Of a stretch of DNA of 64,000 nucleotides, positions 13,305 to 25,000 are shown one piece after another. The position numbers were made by a program, and so were the translations under genes. Position 1 is the first letter of the stretch. The number at the start of each line of letters is the position of its first letter. The notes below the pieces were generated by a model. That model saw only the letters and a list, made by a program, of their open reading frames with translations, made no database searches and was not told the DNA's origin. Source of the stretch: Basidiobolus meristosporus CBS 931.73 (lineage: Eukaryota > Fungi > Basidiobolomycota); NCBI GenBank assembly GCA_002104905.1, contig MCFE01000316.1, positions 1 through 64,000 on the forward strand. Reading direction: 5' to 3'.

Positions 13305-15108
13305 ATCAATTAGTATGCATGAAAGGTAAGAGAAACGGTTGAGTCAGGAAGTAAGGAGTATGCAAACAAGGCAATAGCCAAGCAATGCACACAAATGTAG
13401 GAGGCAATAGAGTGTCCAGAATTAGAAAGTGAGCAAATTGGCAGGGAACCAACTAAAAGCCACTTATACATTGTTGTGATGAAAAACTTTGATCAAGTTT
13501 TTTGTGAAATCTGTGGTGCAAATATTTTCAATGGTCTCTGAACAGTGTCTCAACAAGATCAGTACCTCTTAGTCACAGGACTTTAATTTTTTGATGGCCT
13601 TTTGACAGAATCATCTCACTAATTTTTCATAGGGAAATGCAAAGACTGGATGAACTGGATATGTATTTATTTAAGTGACATTATGAATCCATTCCAAACA
13701 AGAGTACATTGGAAGCATTGGGAGGTACATGCAGACATTGTAGGAATATTTATCCAGAAGCTGATCACCAATGCCAACTTGATGCATCTACAGCTATTGT
13801 GCAAAGAGTTTGTGAAGAAATTTGGGTGGCTACACTACAAACATAAAGCTGAACACAGAGATCTCTGCTGCTACTATATCCATTCTCTACTCCATCTTGC
13901 ATGGTGTGTGGAGAATATTGGGCCTTGCTTCACCTTTTGGAAGCTTCCTATAGAGCAGGTGTGAGGGGAGATAGGAAGACAAGTCGAGTCACAGGTGCTA
14001 TCATATTCTAGTCTCAAAGATCATACCTTTGAGTCTATCATGGATGTGATGAGTTGGCACATGGAGGACAGCCAGGAAGAGTTGTAAAGTACTGAGAGTA
14101 GATGTCACATGGAGACACCTATACCTATAGCATTGAGAAGCTAAGCAGCCCCAATGCATGGGTAATCAGTTAAGTAATGCAATGTTAGATTGCATGCATC
14201 AAGCATCTAATTTTTATAAGGAAAACTCTACCAAGGTATGCAGCTTTCTTGTGGTCACAAGCCAACTTCTACACCATTCAATATAGAATTTACACAAACA
14301 AGAGCCAGAGCAGACCTATAAGGGGACTAGAATCCAGCAGGACAAAGGTATTCACTGGCTAAATACCAAGAAGTTCTTTTCAGATATTCAGGAGGTATTC
14401 ATGGCAGAAGTGGCAACAACAAGGCATATGTTTGCAAGATGTATATATTACCAGCAGTGCAAGGTATATGGCAACTTTGCAAATATCACACTAAAAAGCC
14501 GTAAAGTTGAGGTGATAGAAGTATGTCAATTGCAGCGGGTGTGCTTTTGCAAAGGTCAGTGAGCAGGAGGCCATAGTGTTTTTTGATTGAAACTATTTGT
14601 GGAGTACCTAAGAAAGTTGTGGGCAAGCAAATAAAGAGGGGTGATTCTACAATGGAATATATGAATTGCACAAGGGGAGGTAGAAAAAGGAAATACCATT
14701 GGGTAAATTAGTACCGTAGCATTATACAGAACTAGCTATAGGCTGCCATACTGCCGTTATAATGCCATTAGAGTCTTGCTGTGAGGCTGTTGAAATACTG
14801 TCGGATTTTTTGCCATATAAGGCAATTGGATGTCCAGGCCAGTTGAATTCATTTAAAAAAGTTGTAGAGCGCAATAAGACCGCAACAATGCTATGCAATT
14901 ATGGTCACAGCACCAATCAAATCTTGTCAAGCTTATAACTTTATTTGGCAATAAAGTTAGCAAAATGCCGTTGTGATTGTGTTATAAGATCATTAACAAG
15001 GTCACTAATTCCCAGTTGCTGGTACTCTGACAGTCTCTAATTGGGATCCTGATGGCTGATCTGGATTAGATCCACATGCAGGACCAAATTATTTTACATA
15101 GGGTATGG

Positions 15109-16169
15109 TGTAATGGGGTCATAGTGGCACCCACTGACAGATGTGCTCATTCCCATATTCTCTACTTACCTATAGTTCTACTGCACTTATTTTTGTTTTA
15201 TCCCATTTGTCTTACTTGGTCAGTACTATCCTGTAAGTCAATTGTCTATCACACCTGCCTACCTTATTGCATAAGTTATCCATCACTTTACGTATGATTA
15301 CTTGATGTAAGTGCTTCTATATTAGGCAGATACCTATGCCAGTACCTGTGACACATTTCTTGACCAAGTCACCATCCCTATCATTTTCATACCATATATG
15401 GTATCCCTATGCTACGCAGATTTCAGAAAACAGATTCATGATTGGTTGGGTGTGCTGTGCATCTTAGAACCTTCTTGCACCTACTTGGAACATTCTTAGC
15501 TCATTCTGATGTCATTTAGATTTCTATTTGACCTCCAGAACCTTCTGGAACAAAATGATTGGTAATCACTTAGCCAGTGAGAAAAGTACAAAAGGGAGGT
15601 AATCTTTCAACAATAAATCATTGTGCTTTTCATCAATATACCAACTTGTTAGTTAGTGTGATCACTGCTACCTGCTACAATCCAAACTCCAGCCTTTGAC
15701 CACAGGACATTCCCAGGAAACTGTGCTGACAGCCAATTGACATTGAATGAACTATTTGTCAGGAATACTCAGGGTAGGTATCTTTTATTATATTTGATTC
15801 TTTTGCAAGTTTGTTCTTTAACAGCAAAAGATACTTTTTGGCCTTTATAACTATTGACCATAGCTGCATTCTTATCAAGTCCCTGTTGGTTGAGTTTTAA
15901 GTTGTTTTGACCTTGGAAGCTTTGGTGCATTGCCATCTCTAAGGATGCTGAACCTGGCACATACTTATGTCAAGACACCAACTAAAATGGGGATTTGAGC
16001 TCAATCTTTCTCCCTTGACAATCTTATGGCTTTCTTCCCTTCAGCTTAAAGTAGAGACAAAAACCAAGTATTCCTAGCAAGCTTTTGCCATACATGATTG
16101 CACCAGGTGAGCACAAAACACTTAAGAAGTGTTGGATGTATCCCTCCCTTGGACCTGTACACCAGCACA
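15109..16169 (+). mobile_element. Probable Gypsy-type solo LTR (~1.06 kb)
   Basis: TGTAATGG...CCAGCACA termini, internal AATAAA near 15613, flanks ATGG/TTGG (one mismatch), and a rearranged homolog at 9318-10394. Confidence 0.6.
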
Positions 16170-18425
16170 TTGGTGATATGCCAAAGTTCTCAAATGTATG
16201 ATCTGCTGCATTTCCAGGTCAGGTTCCAATGTTTTTGCCATAAAGTTTGCGCCTCAGTTAGAAAAGATTTCCACAGGGCAGCCAACTTTCATCAGGATCT
16301 CATGAAAGATGAGACTGTAGCTTCTTATTCATTGGCTTTGGGTACTGCACTAGCCACTAGCCACTTACTAGTGTGGTTAACTGCAACTAGGATCCACAAG
16401 TTGCATTTTGTGGTAGTGGGTAGTCATCTAATAATGCCAATTCCTCATTTCTCAGAAGGTTTTAAGACTCCAAGAGAAAATGCTCAGGGATTCTCTGTGG
16501 TTTACATTGGTTAATTTAGCAACTTGGGCATGTTTTCACCAGCTTCTCAAAATCTTGTTTCATTTTGGGCCACCATGTTCAAGCTTTTAGAAGGGTGCAC
16601 ATTCCTTCAATTCCAAGATTTCCATATCCATGGTGTAGCTTGTGTATTATATCCAGGTGAGCAACATAAAGGCAATAGGCAATAGGGCTTCAATCCACAA
16701 TCTGGTAGTGTTTCATCCTGCACTGCCAATTTGCTGGCTTCATCTCACACAATATTCTTGATATCCTCATCCATGTCATTAGGAACAGCTTGGTCCTCCA
16801 AGTATCTTAGTAATAAGCTGGACCAATTTAATTCATGCACCATGTTGAGTTGTGCAACTTGTTTTAGTCTTGGGAAGGCATCAGCATCCATGCTTTTTTC
16901 ACAGAGTAGTAGACAATCTCCAAGCCAAGTTGCTGAATGAGCTCCCTTCATCTTCCCATTCCTCTGCATAGAACCCTCTCAGTAAATATAATCTTGAGTG
17001 AGTCATGATCAGGTCTTTTATATGATTTGTAGTATAATCCTTTTCCAATATGAATATATACAAAAATGAAGAAGAATGAAGCTACACTTGCATGTGTATA
17101 TTGAATTAGCCAACCAAAGTTTACATCTCTCATTGTATGTTCTACACTTATAAAAGCTAAATCTACATGACTTGTATAATGCATTGCTAAAGTTACTCCT
17201 GTAATTATTTGAATTCCTAGACATACGCCTAATAATGATCCATAATTCCATAAGTAACTTATATTTGATGGTGATGGTGAATCTATTACATAACTATTAA
17301 CTATACTTAATAAAGAGTGACTTTTTAATAATATCATCTCTTGTTTACTTACCTCCCTCCTGGATGTCTTTAAGCAGTATACTATGCAAGCATCTCTTTC
17401 TTACACATTGAAAAGTTTTGTCCCGGCAAGTTCAGTGTTGTGGATTTAAAAGTCACTGGGCATTCCTTTACTTCATGCTTTTGGCTCAATACTCTGCCAA
17501 TTGGATAATCTGAGGCATCTGCACAAAGTGTAAACTCTTTTTTGAAGTTAGGTATTTCTAAGCATGGCACCTGGGTAACTTCATTCTTGAGCATCTGAAA
17601 GGCAGTCCCATGGGCTATGTCACACTTCAAGGTGTTGTCATTCCTGAGGATACCTGTCAAAGTGGCTGCAATATTTGCAATGTACAAATCTGCAATAATA
17701 GGGACCATTCCAAGAAATGATTGGAGCTCTCAAATACTATGGTGTGGCTTAAGATTCTTGATAACTTCCACTTTCTTGGGGTCTTAGATCACTCCTGTGC
17801 TAGTCACTATATGTCCCAGATATCCAACCTGTTCCTAAGAGAAGTCACTCATTGCTAGCTTGCCATATTTCTTGTTCCCTCTTGACTTTTTCAAGAACCT
17901 TCAATAGGCACCAAGTAATCCTCTTCTGTGTTGCTGTATATCAATATGTTGTCTAAGAAGATTGCTACAAGCTTGTTTAAGTACTGCTGAGAGATGGTTT
18001 GCATCAAGGCCATGAATGATGATGGGGCATTGGTACAACCAAAGCTCTTGACCACTTACCTGTAATATCCATATCTGGTCTTGATTGTTGTCATAGGTAT
18101 AACTTCTGCTTTCATGCTGGTCAGGTTGTATCCTTACATGAGATCAATTTTGCTGAATATTGTGGATCCATTATGTGGGTCCATAGGCTCACCAATCCAA
18201 GGTATGGGGTGCTTATTCTTCACAGTTACTTAGTTCAGAGCTTTGTAATAGATACACATTCATAGTTGTCCTTTCCTCTTCTTTGCAAAAAGCACTGGAG
18301 CTCCCCAAGGAGCCTTGCTGGGCCTGATGTATCCTTGCTTCAATAATTGATCAGTTTGTCTCATGATTTCTTCTAACTTGAATGGACTCATTCTGTAAGA
18401 GTATTCAGCAACAGGTTCCATATCA
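16170..18425 (-). mobile_element. Ty3/Gypsy pol relic (RT, RNase H, integrase), interrupted by the cob fragment
   Basis: YRMSPFKLEE...GYIRPSKAPWGAPVLF, GYLGHIV, CADASDYPIG.VLSQ, KEMLA, DHDSLK, and GCPVEI..HLRTLAYH in degenerate frames. Confidence 0.88.
17011..17358 (-). pseudogene. cob: Nuclear copy of the mitochondrial cytochrome b 5' end (NUMT, ~109 codons)
   Basis: Translation ...[78 protein letters not shown] is the cob N-terminus. AT-rich mitochondrial codon usage. ATG at 17337. Confidence 0.95.
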
Positions 18426-18427
18426 GG

Positions 18428-19023
18428 AGTATTTTGGATACCTTCCCAATCAGGATCAACAGACCTTCTAGAGGGCAGAGGGACTTTTATTTTGGCAAGT
18501 GAAAGGCACACTGTGTAAAGTTTCAAGCACTGTCTGACATTGAGGGTAACATCATCTGGTTTAGTGGGCCATCTGCTGGTAGTAAGCATGACAAAGCAAT
18601 CTGGGTAGAGAATTATCCAGAACTCAGCAGAGGGCAGAAAAATATGGCAAATTTATATAGGAGAGGATTGTCAGAGATTTGGATCTATTACAGCATATAG
18701 GAAGCCAAGGAAGAGTGTGCTTAGCAGGAAGCAGAAGCTCTACAATGAGATATTTATACATTTCAGAGTGAGGGTAGAGCATACACTTGGATATCTAAAG
18801 AGATTCAGCATATTGGCTGATAAATACAGAGGAAAGTCATATAAAGCAAGGAAAGCACTATTCTGAGCAACATCACTAAGATTAAATAAAATTACCAGTA
18901 ACTATGCTGTACCACTGACATTATGATAGATATCATGGTGCCTGATAATGCTGTAGAACGCCAGATCAAACCAGCACTTTAAACACACTGGCACTATGTG
19001 GCACTATCCAACAAAACCAGTCT
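18428..19023 (+). mobile_element. Relic IS5/ISL2-like (DDE_Tnp_4, PIF/Harbinger-related) transposon 3' half with right terminal repeat
   Basis: Reconstructed translation ILDTFPIRINRP..GQRDFYFGK*KAHCVKFQ..D..GNIIWFSGP.AGSKHDKAI..AN(D)L..YIG..TAYRKPRK..LSRKQKLYN..FRVRVEHTLGYLKRFSILADKYR. One stop at 18500 and one frameshift near 18655. The end at 19023 matches the foldback TIR at 25/28 nt. Confidence 0.82.
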
Positions 19024-22000
19024 GCTATATAGATATGGCTTTTGGTTTGTTCTCAGCCAATTTTCTCACTTTCTGATCTTGGACACTCTATCACATCCTA
19101 CATTTGTGCGCCTTGACTGGCTATTGCCTCTTTCTCACACTCCTTGCTTTCTGACTCAACTGTTTCTCTTAATTTTCATGCATACAAATTAATTTTTTTC
19201 CATTGAAATCTCAGTTGTACCTCAATTGCCAATTGTGTTGACCTATATAGGTCCCTATACCCTACACTTGTATTAAACCCCACCTTACACTCAACAAGTA
19301 ACTTTATCAAAATCCACCACTCAATATGAATTTCTGCTGTAACCCTCTGTTTCCATGACAATGGCAGGAACCCTACAGCTTTATACCACTGCTCATTCAC
19401 TGGTTCCCATACATCCTGGTCTTCAGCAGCACTGTATGGTCTAGCACCTTATCTGCCAGTCTTTGCAACAAATTCTTGAGATATTCCAGTGCATTTACTT
19501 GAGCTCTGCTCTTGAAGAAGTGCTGCAACCTGCTGATGTGCTTATAAATGTTCCAAAATTTCACTGAAGGCATTGTGAGATTACCTTTTAAGTTCTTGAC
19601 ATTGTTGGCATATCTGTCAGTTATTCTTGTATTGAACTATGTTTTTCCCTTGATAAATGCTGCTCTGATGCATCTGTGTTGGCCTGCTTGTCCCTTGCTG
19701 GCACTCTAAAAGCTACCTGAGGCTTCTTTCTGGCTTATTTTGAGCCTTCAGCCCACGCTGTGATGGGCTCCTGAGGTAGCTGCTCATTTATACTACTGCC
19801 AGGTCATTCATTGCATCTTTGACTGCATGCTTTTTGAATAAAAGTAGGCTTTTTCCTTGTAAAACGTTGTTCTGGTGCATCTGTGTCTGGCTGCTTTTTG
19901 CTTAATGACACGCTTCCAGCTACCTGATGTCTCTTAGACACTTGTTTTGAGCTTTAGGCCCTGCTTGTAACATGCACTTGTGGAGGCTGCTGGTTTTTGG
20001 CCATTGCACCCTTGTTCTTCTGCCTTTGATAGCCTATGCTATTCTTGGGATACCTTCTTAGCCTACCAACACTGGCACAAACCTGTTTGCTTGATTGAAT
20101 TCTGGATAATGTCCATGGAACAAGTCAATCACATTCTGCTTGGCCTTAAGCTCTTGAAGGTCCCATAGTATGCTGGCCATAAGGTATTTGCATGCTAGAC
20201 TTCCAACACCCTCTTAAGTATTGGCCTACTCTTCTTCATTGCACTCAATGGCTTCATGTAACTTTGAAGTCTTTTGATTTTGAGGCTTTGCTATGAACCC
20301 TACATTTTCTCCCTCCCATGCAGAGATAGGTTTTTCCGTGAGCTTTATCTTTTGGAATGGCTCTTCTGCTTCAAAGATGGGACAGTATTCCTCTGCTATT
20401 ACATTGGGAGATGGTTCAATTCTTGGCTGTGACTTTGAGCTACCTTGGTTCCTTCTTTGCAGCAAAGATACTGCTTTTCTACCTGGAGTATTGATTGATC
20501 TACACCTTTTATCTGCTCACCCTGTTTCTGGACTATTTCTCAATTTCTCTGGGTCATTGCATCTATCCTATTAGCCATTGCACCTAAACACCTCAATAAT
20601 GCTGTGGTATGAGCTGACAACGTTTGTGCTAAAACTGGTGGTGGTGATATGGCAATGGCCACTTGCTGATCTTCAACTAAGGATTTAACTTTTGCCACAT
20701 TCTCATCTTCCTCAGCATTATGGTCAGCTTGCAGCTCTGCAGAGATTGCAAAGTGTCAACTTGACTGAGAGCTTGGGGAGTCCACATTATACTGTTATTG
20801 GGCAAACTGCTCACAGGGCCTTTATTTGTTATAGCCGTGCTTGTTGCACTGAATGTCAAAGCATGCTGTTGTCCAACTGTTCTTCTACTACTGTCAGCTG
20901 CAGGGTTTGGTTGCAAACCAGACTATTTACTTTATTTTTGGGGGCAAATACATAAAAGGGAGTCAAAACAAAGGGTTAATGACGTTACATATATGTGTAT
21001 ATATGGTGCCACAACTTTATTTACAATGCCTATTAATGCAAGTCATCATTCAATCTTACATCCATGTAGGTGCAATGTCTCAGTTACAAGACTGTCTTGA
21101 ATTCATAAAAGCACTGACAAAAAAGTAACATAATAATGTTATGTTGTTGAGCATTGAACTGTTGCCCCATCAACAAGACTACTTTGATTCAATGCTATAA
21201 AGGAAGAGAAAAAAGACCATGTGTCTACTGTAGCAAGCCTCTCAGCCATGAAGTATGCAGAGAGCATATAAAGTAATACAAGGATCACAACCAGTGCTTT
21301 GTCATGCTAGTCATATTTGACCATTTACTAGTCACTACTGTACTAGCAATATCTTGCCAGTCACTTGATACTTCTATAAAAGCACCTAGCTGCACTTGCC
21401 ACCCTGCACAAGCCAGGTCAGGTGAGTTTGTGATGCCTTTAGGCTCACCCCAGTCCTCTGAATATGGGAGGCAGAGTGATAGCTCTGAAGAAGCAGGCTC
21501 ACTGAGGGTTTGTGAGCCTATGCACCTAACAAGAGTAGCCTGTACAAGCCAGGCAAAATCCCATTGTGCAATGAGACAATACCAGTGGAAATAAATGTCA
21601 AGGATACTTTGTGGAGTCAAGTGAGCACAGTAGTCCATCTACAGGTAATATATGTGATGCTGTGGGTAGAGTAGTGGCTTGTTTCCAGTAATATCGGTAA
21701 TGTGGGCTTTGAAGATTTACTACTACATCTTGCTAAGATCATCCATGATGCAACTTACCATATATGTGCTATAAATGGACAAATATCCAGGGGCTGGCAA
21801 CATAGAACCCAGAGACCATCAGGGTACCAGCATGTGTCTACAGTTGCATAGCATTCACATCAGAAAATGCCTCCATTGCAAGGTACCCAACTTGTCAGTA
21901 ATCCACTACCATTGATGGAAAACATTGCTCACACTCTGGATATATTCTGACAGTACCCTATCTGAAGAAGCTCATGTAGCTCTACAAATATTGTGAGGCT
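19024..22000. mobile_element. CACTA copy E1 (ORF2 on - ~19190-20947; transposase N-terminal part on + ~21170-22000), truncated
   Basis: Reverse-orientation homology to copy A across ORF2, the intergenic region and the transposase 5' part. Heavily mutated. Confidence 0.8.
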
Positions 22001-25000
22001 ACGTGTGTATGAATGTTAATTGGAGCCTGTTAAAGTATTTAGCTTAGCTGATACTATGCAATATCCTGCCAATTCTTTCAATTTTCCTGGTATCTCAAAG
22101 GGCTCATTTACCTTGAAATACCCCATGTACAGCTTGTTTATCAGTATAGAGGTATTGCTGAAAAGCAAATGCTTTGCTCCCAGTTGAAAGCATTTGTTGC
22201 TGCATATACCCTCTATCTTAAGTATATCTGGTTTCTAATTAATTCTATATTCTGGCCAATGGCTTATAGCTTGCCGGCTTTGCAGCTATTACATGCTGAC
22301 TTTGGTACATTCTCTGGGTGGAAAGATGCTGTTCTTGGTGTTGGTGTTTGGGTAATACTGATGTGTTTGAGTTATGGAGTATGTCACAGTATCTCATACA
22401 TTTGACAGCAATACCATCAATATTGCCAGAAAAACTGGCTCTCTTGCTGATGGCAGTGGTATCTCCAATGCAGAAAATAATATGCACTTTGAAATGCTGC
22501 TCATTGACTGTTATTCTGCTGCAAAGCTTACAAAGTTCACCCAGCAATGGATACAGGCAGTTATCCAGGTTGGACAACAATTTGCACTCAGATACAAGTG
22601 AGACTACCATCAGATTTGAGCTATCAAACTCTAAGAGAGGCAGCAGATTCAGGCTGATGAGAGTCAGTGGTAAGCAGGATTTGCTAGTAGAGTACTTGTT
22701 AAATGAAAATCCATCAAGTGCCAAGCTAAAAACATGGTCATAAATGCCTTCTAAGTAGCCCTTTCTTCTGAGCAGTTTGTAGATTTGCCATCAGATGTAT
22801 TGGATATGCTTGCACTTCATTGAAACTGAGTGTTGTACTCCATAGCTTCACATATTTGTTGGACTGCATGAGCTACATTAGATGGGGTATTACCAAAATA
22901 AATCTGGAGTGTAAGCAATGTTTTCCTCCAATGGTGGTGGATTCCTGACAAGTTGGGCCCCTTGCAATGGTGGCATTTTTGGATGGTAATGCCATAAAAC
23001 TGTTGACACTTGCTGGTAACAGGACTGACAGTGGGTTATATATTAGACTTGTTCCGTTGGATAGTGCCACATTGAGCCATGAGTGCCAGATGATGCCATA
23101 GTGTGCCAGAGAGGCCAAGTGAACCTATACTTGGCCACAGAGTGTGAAACAAAGCTCTGCATCTTCATGCAAAGCAGCCCCTGTGTTTCACCCATTGCGC
23201 AGGAGAAAATCCATTTTTTGATGTTTTTTTGTGGATCAAAGTTGTGCAGGATGTGTAAGAGAACAGGAGAACTGAAGATATGCATCTGGTACTCAATACC
23301 CACGGCACTCTGAATCTAGCTCCTGTAGCTTGTATCATGTCACAAAAATGAATGGCACTATCTTGGTCCACTGGTACTATCTGGCACTATATTTGAATAT
23401 TAGCCCTAAAGTAAGATCTATACAAAGCACTTATAGTGCCAGATAGTACCAGTGGACCAAGATAGTGCCATTCATTTTTGTGACATGAAACAAGCTACAG
23501 GAGCTAGATTCAGAGTGCCGTGGGTATTGAGTACCAGATGCATATCTTCAGTTCTCCTGTGCTCTTACACATCCTGAGCTACATTGATCCAAAAAAAAAG
23601 GTCAAAAAATGGATTTTCTCCTGCGCAATGGGTGAAACACAGGGGCTGCTTCACTTGAAGATGCAGAGCTTTGTTTCACACTCTGTGGCCAAGTATAGGT
23701 TCACTTGGCCTCTCTGGCACACTATGGCATCATTTGGCACTCATGGCTCAATGTGGCACTATCCAACGGAACAAGTCTATTGCTTGCCACATTACTGTTG
23801 CTTATTTATACCATGTATATGGTAGGTTGCATCCTGGGATGATTTTTGCAAGAAGTAGTAGTATATCCTCAAAGCCCCCATTAATGATATTATTGGAATT
23901 GATCCACTTCTCTAGCCACAACATCACATATATCACCTGTAGGTGGATTACTGAGCACACTTGACTCCATAAAGTATCCTTGGCATTATTTCAACAGGTG
24001 TTGTCTCATTGCATAATTGGATTTTGCCAGGCTCAAGCAGGGTACTTTTGTCAGCAATGGTAGGCTCACAAAGCTATCACTCTGCATGCCATACTCAGAA
24101 GGCTGGGGTGAGCCTAAAGGCATCACAAACTCACCTGACTCAGTTTGTGCAAGGTGATAAGTGTGGCTTGGTGCTATTATAGAAGTCTCAGGAGGCCAGC
24201 AAGATATTGTTGATAAAGTGATAACTGGTGAATAGCCAAATATAACTTGAGTGGCAAAACACTGACTATGATTGTTATGGTACTTCCTATGCTGACTGAA
24301 TGCTGCATGGCTGAGAGGCTTACTATAATAGACACAAGGTCTTTTTTCTCTTCTCTTACGGAATTGATTCAAAGTAGTCTTATCCATGGGGCAAATTGTT
24401 TGACCCTCAATACAACGCTATTATACTACTTTTTTGTCAATGCTTATGTGAATTCAAGACAGTCTTGTAGTTGAGATATTGCATCTACATGAATGTAAGA
24501 TTCAATGATCTCCTTACATAATAAGCATTGTAAATAAAGTTGTGGCACTACATACACACATAACTGTATCACCATTTTCCCTTTGGTTTGATTCACTTCA
24601 ATATATATGCCACCAACAATAAAGCAAAGTTGTCTAGTACCCAACCAAACCCCACTGCTGACAGCAGCAGAAGAACAGTTGGACAACAGCTTGCTTTGAC
24701 ATTCAGTGCAACAAACAGGGCTACAACCAAACAAGGCCCTGTGGACAGTATGCCCACTGAAGGTCATAGTGCAGACTCCTTGGGCTCTCAGTCAGGTAGG
24801 TAATTGTGAGCTTTGGCAGTGCTACAAGCTGACCATACTGCTGAGGCAGATGGGAATATAGCAGAAGTAGTACCTGCACTTGAAAACCAGCAAGTGGCCA
24901 CCATAACATCACCACCACCTGTAATGATGTGTTTTCAGCTCATAGCAAAGCATCAATGAGGCATCTAGGTGCAATGGCTGACAGGATAGATGCAAAGACC

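Larger units (their letters stand above)
6796..13634. mobile_element. Complete CACTA copy C/D with both termini and a 3-bp AAA TSD
   Basis: Begins CCCTATGAAAATAATT (6796) and ends CTAATTTTTCATAGGG (13634). AAA at 6793-6795 and 13635-13637. About 5.4 kb net of two nested LTR insertions. Confidence 0.92.
5281..15103 (+). mobile_element. CACTA copy B (older host), interrupted by copy A at 5280/5281 and by copy C/D (6796-13634)
   Basis: Transposase on + at 5281-6795 resumes in register at 13638 (CAA TAC AAA TGC AAA once the insert and one AAA are removed) and ends at ...TTTTACATAGGG 15103. Confidence 0.85.

Noticed and set aside
16948-17337. Functional nuclear cob gene or cob-RNase H fusion protein
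   Set aside because: Only ~109 codons, with substitutions at conserved residues and no targeting sequence, embedded in a dead retroelement.
23044-23779. TA target-site duplication (Tc1/mariner MITE interpretation) for the foldbacks
   Set aside because: Empty-site reconstruction at both loci leaves 3 extra nt with TA but fits exactly with ATT.
23043-23825. Mirror-image ORFs MGIEYQMHIF... on both strands, also at 29923-30183
   Set aside because: They are a by-product of the palindrome. The reading is not preserved cleanly between arms and copies, and no domain is recognisable.
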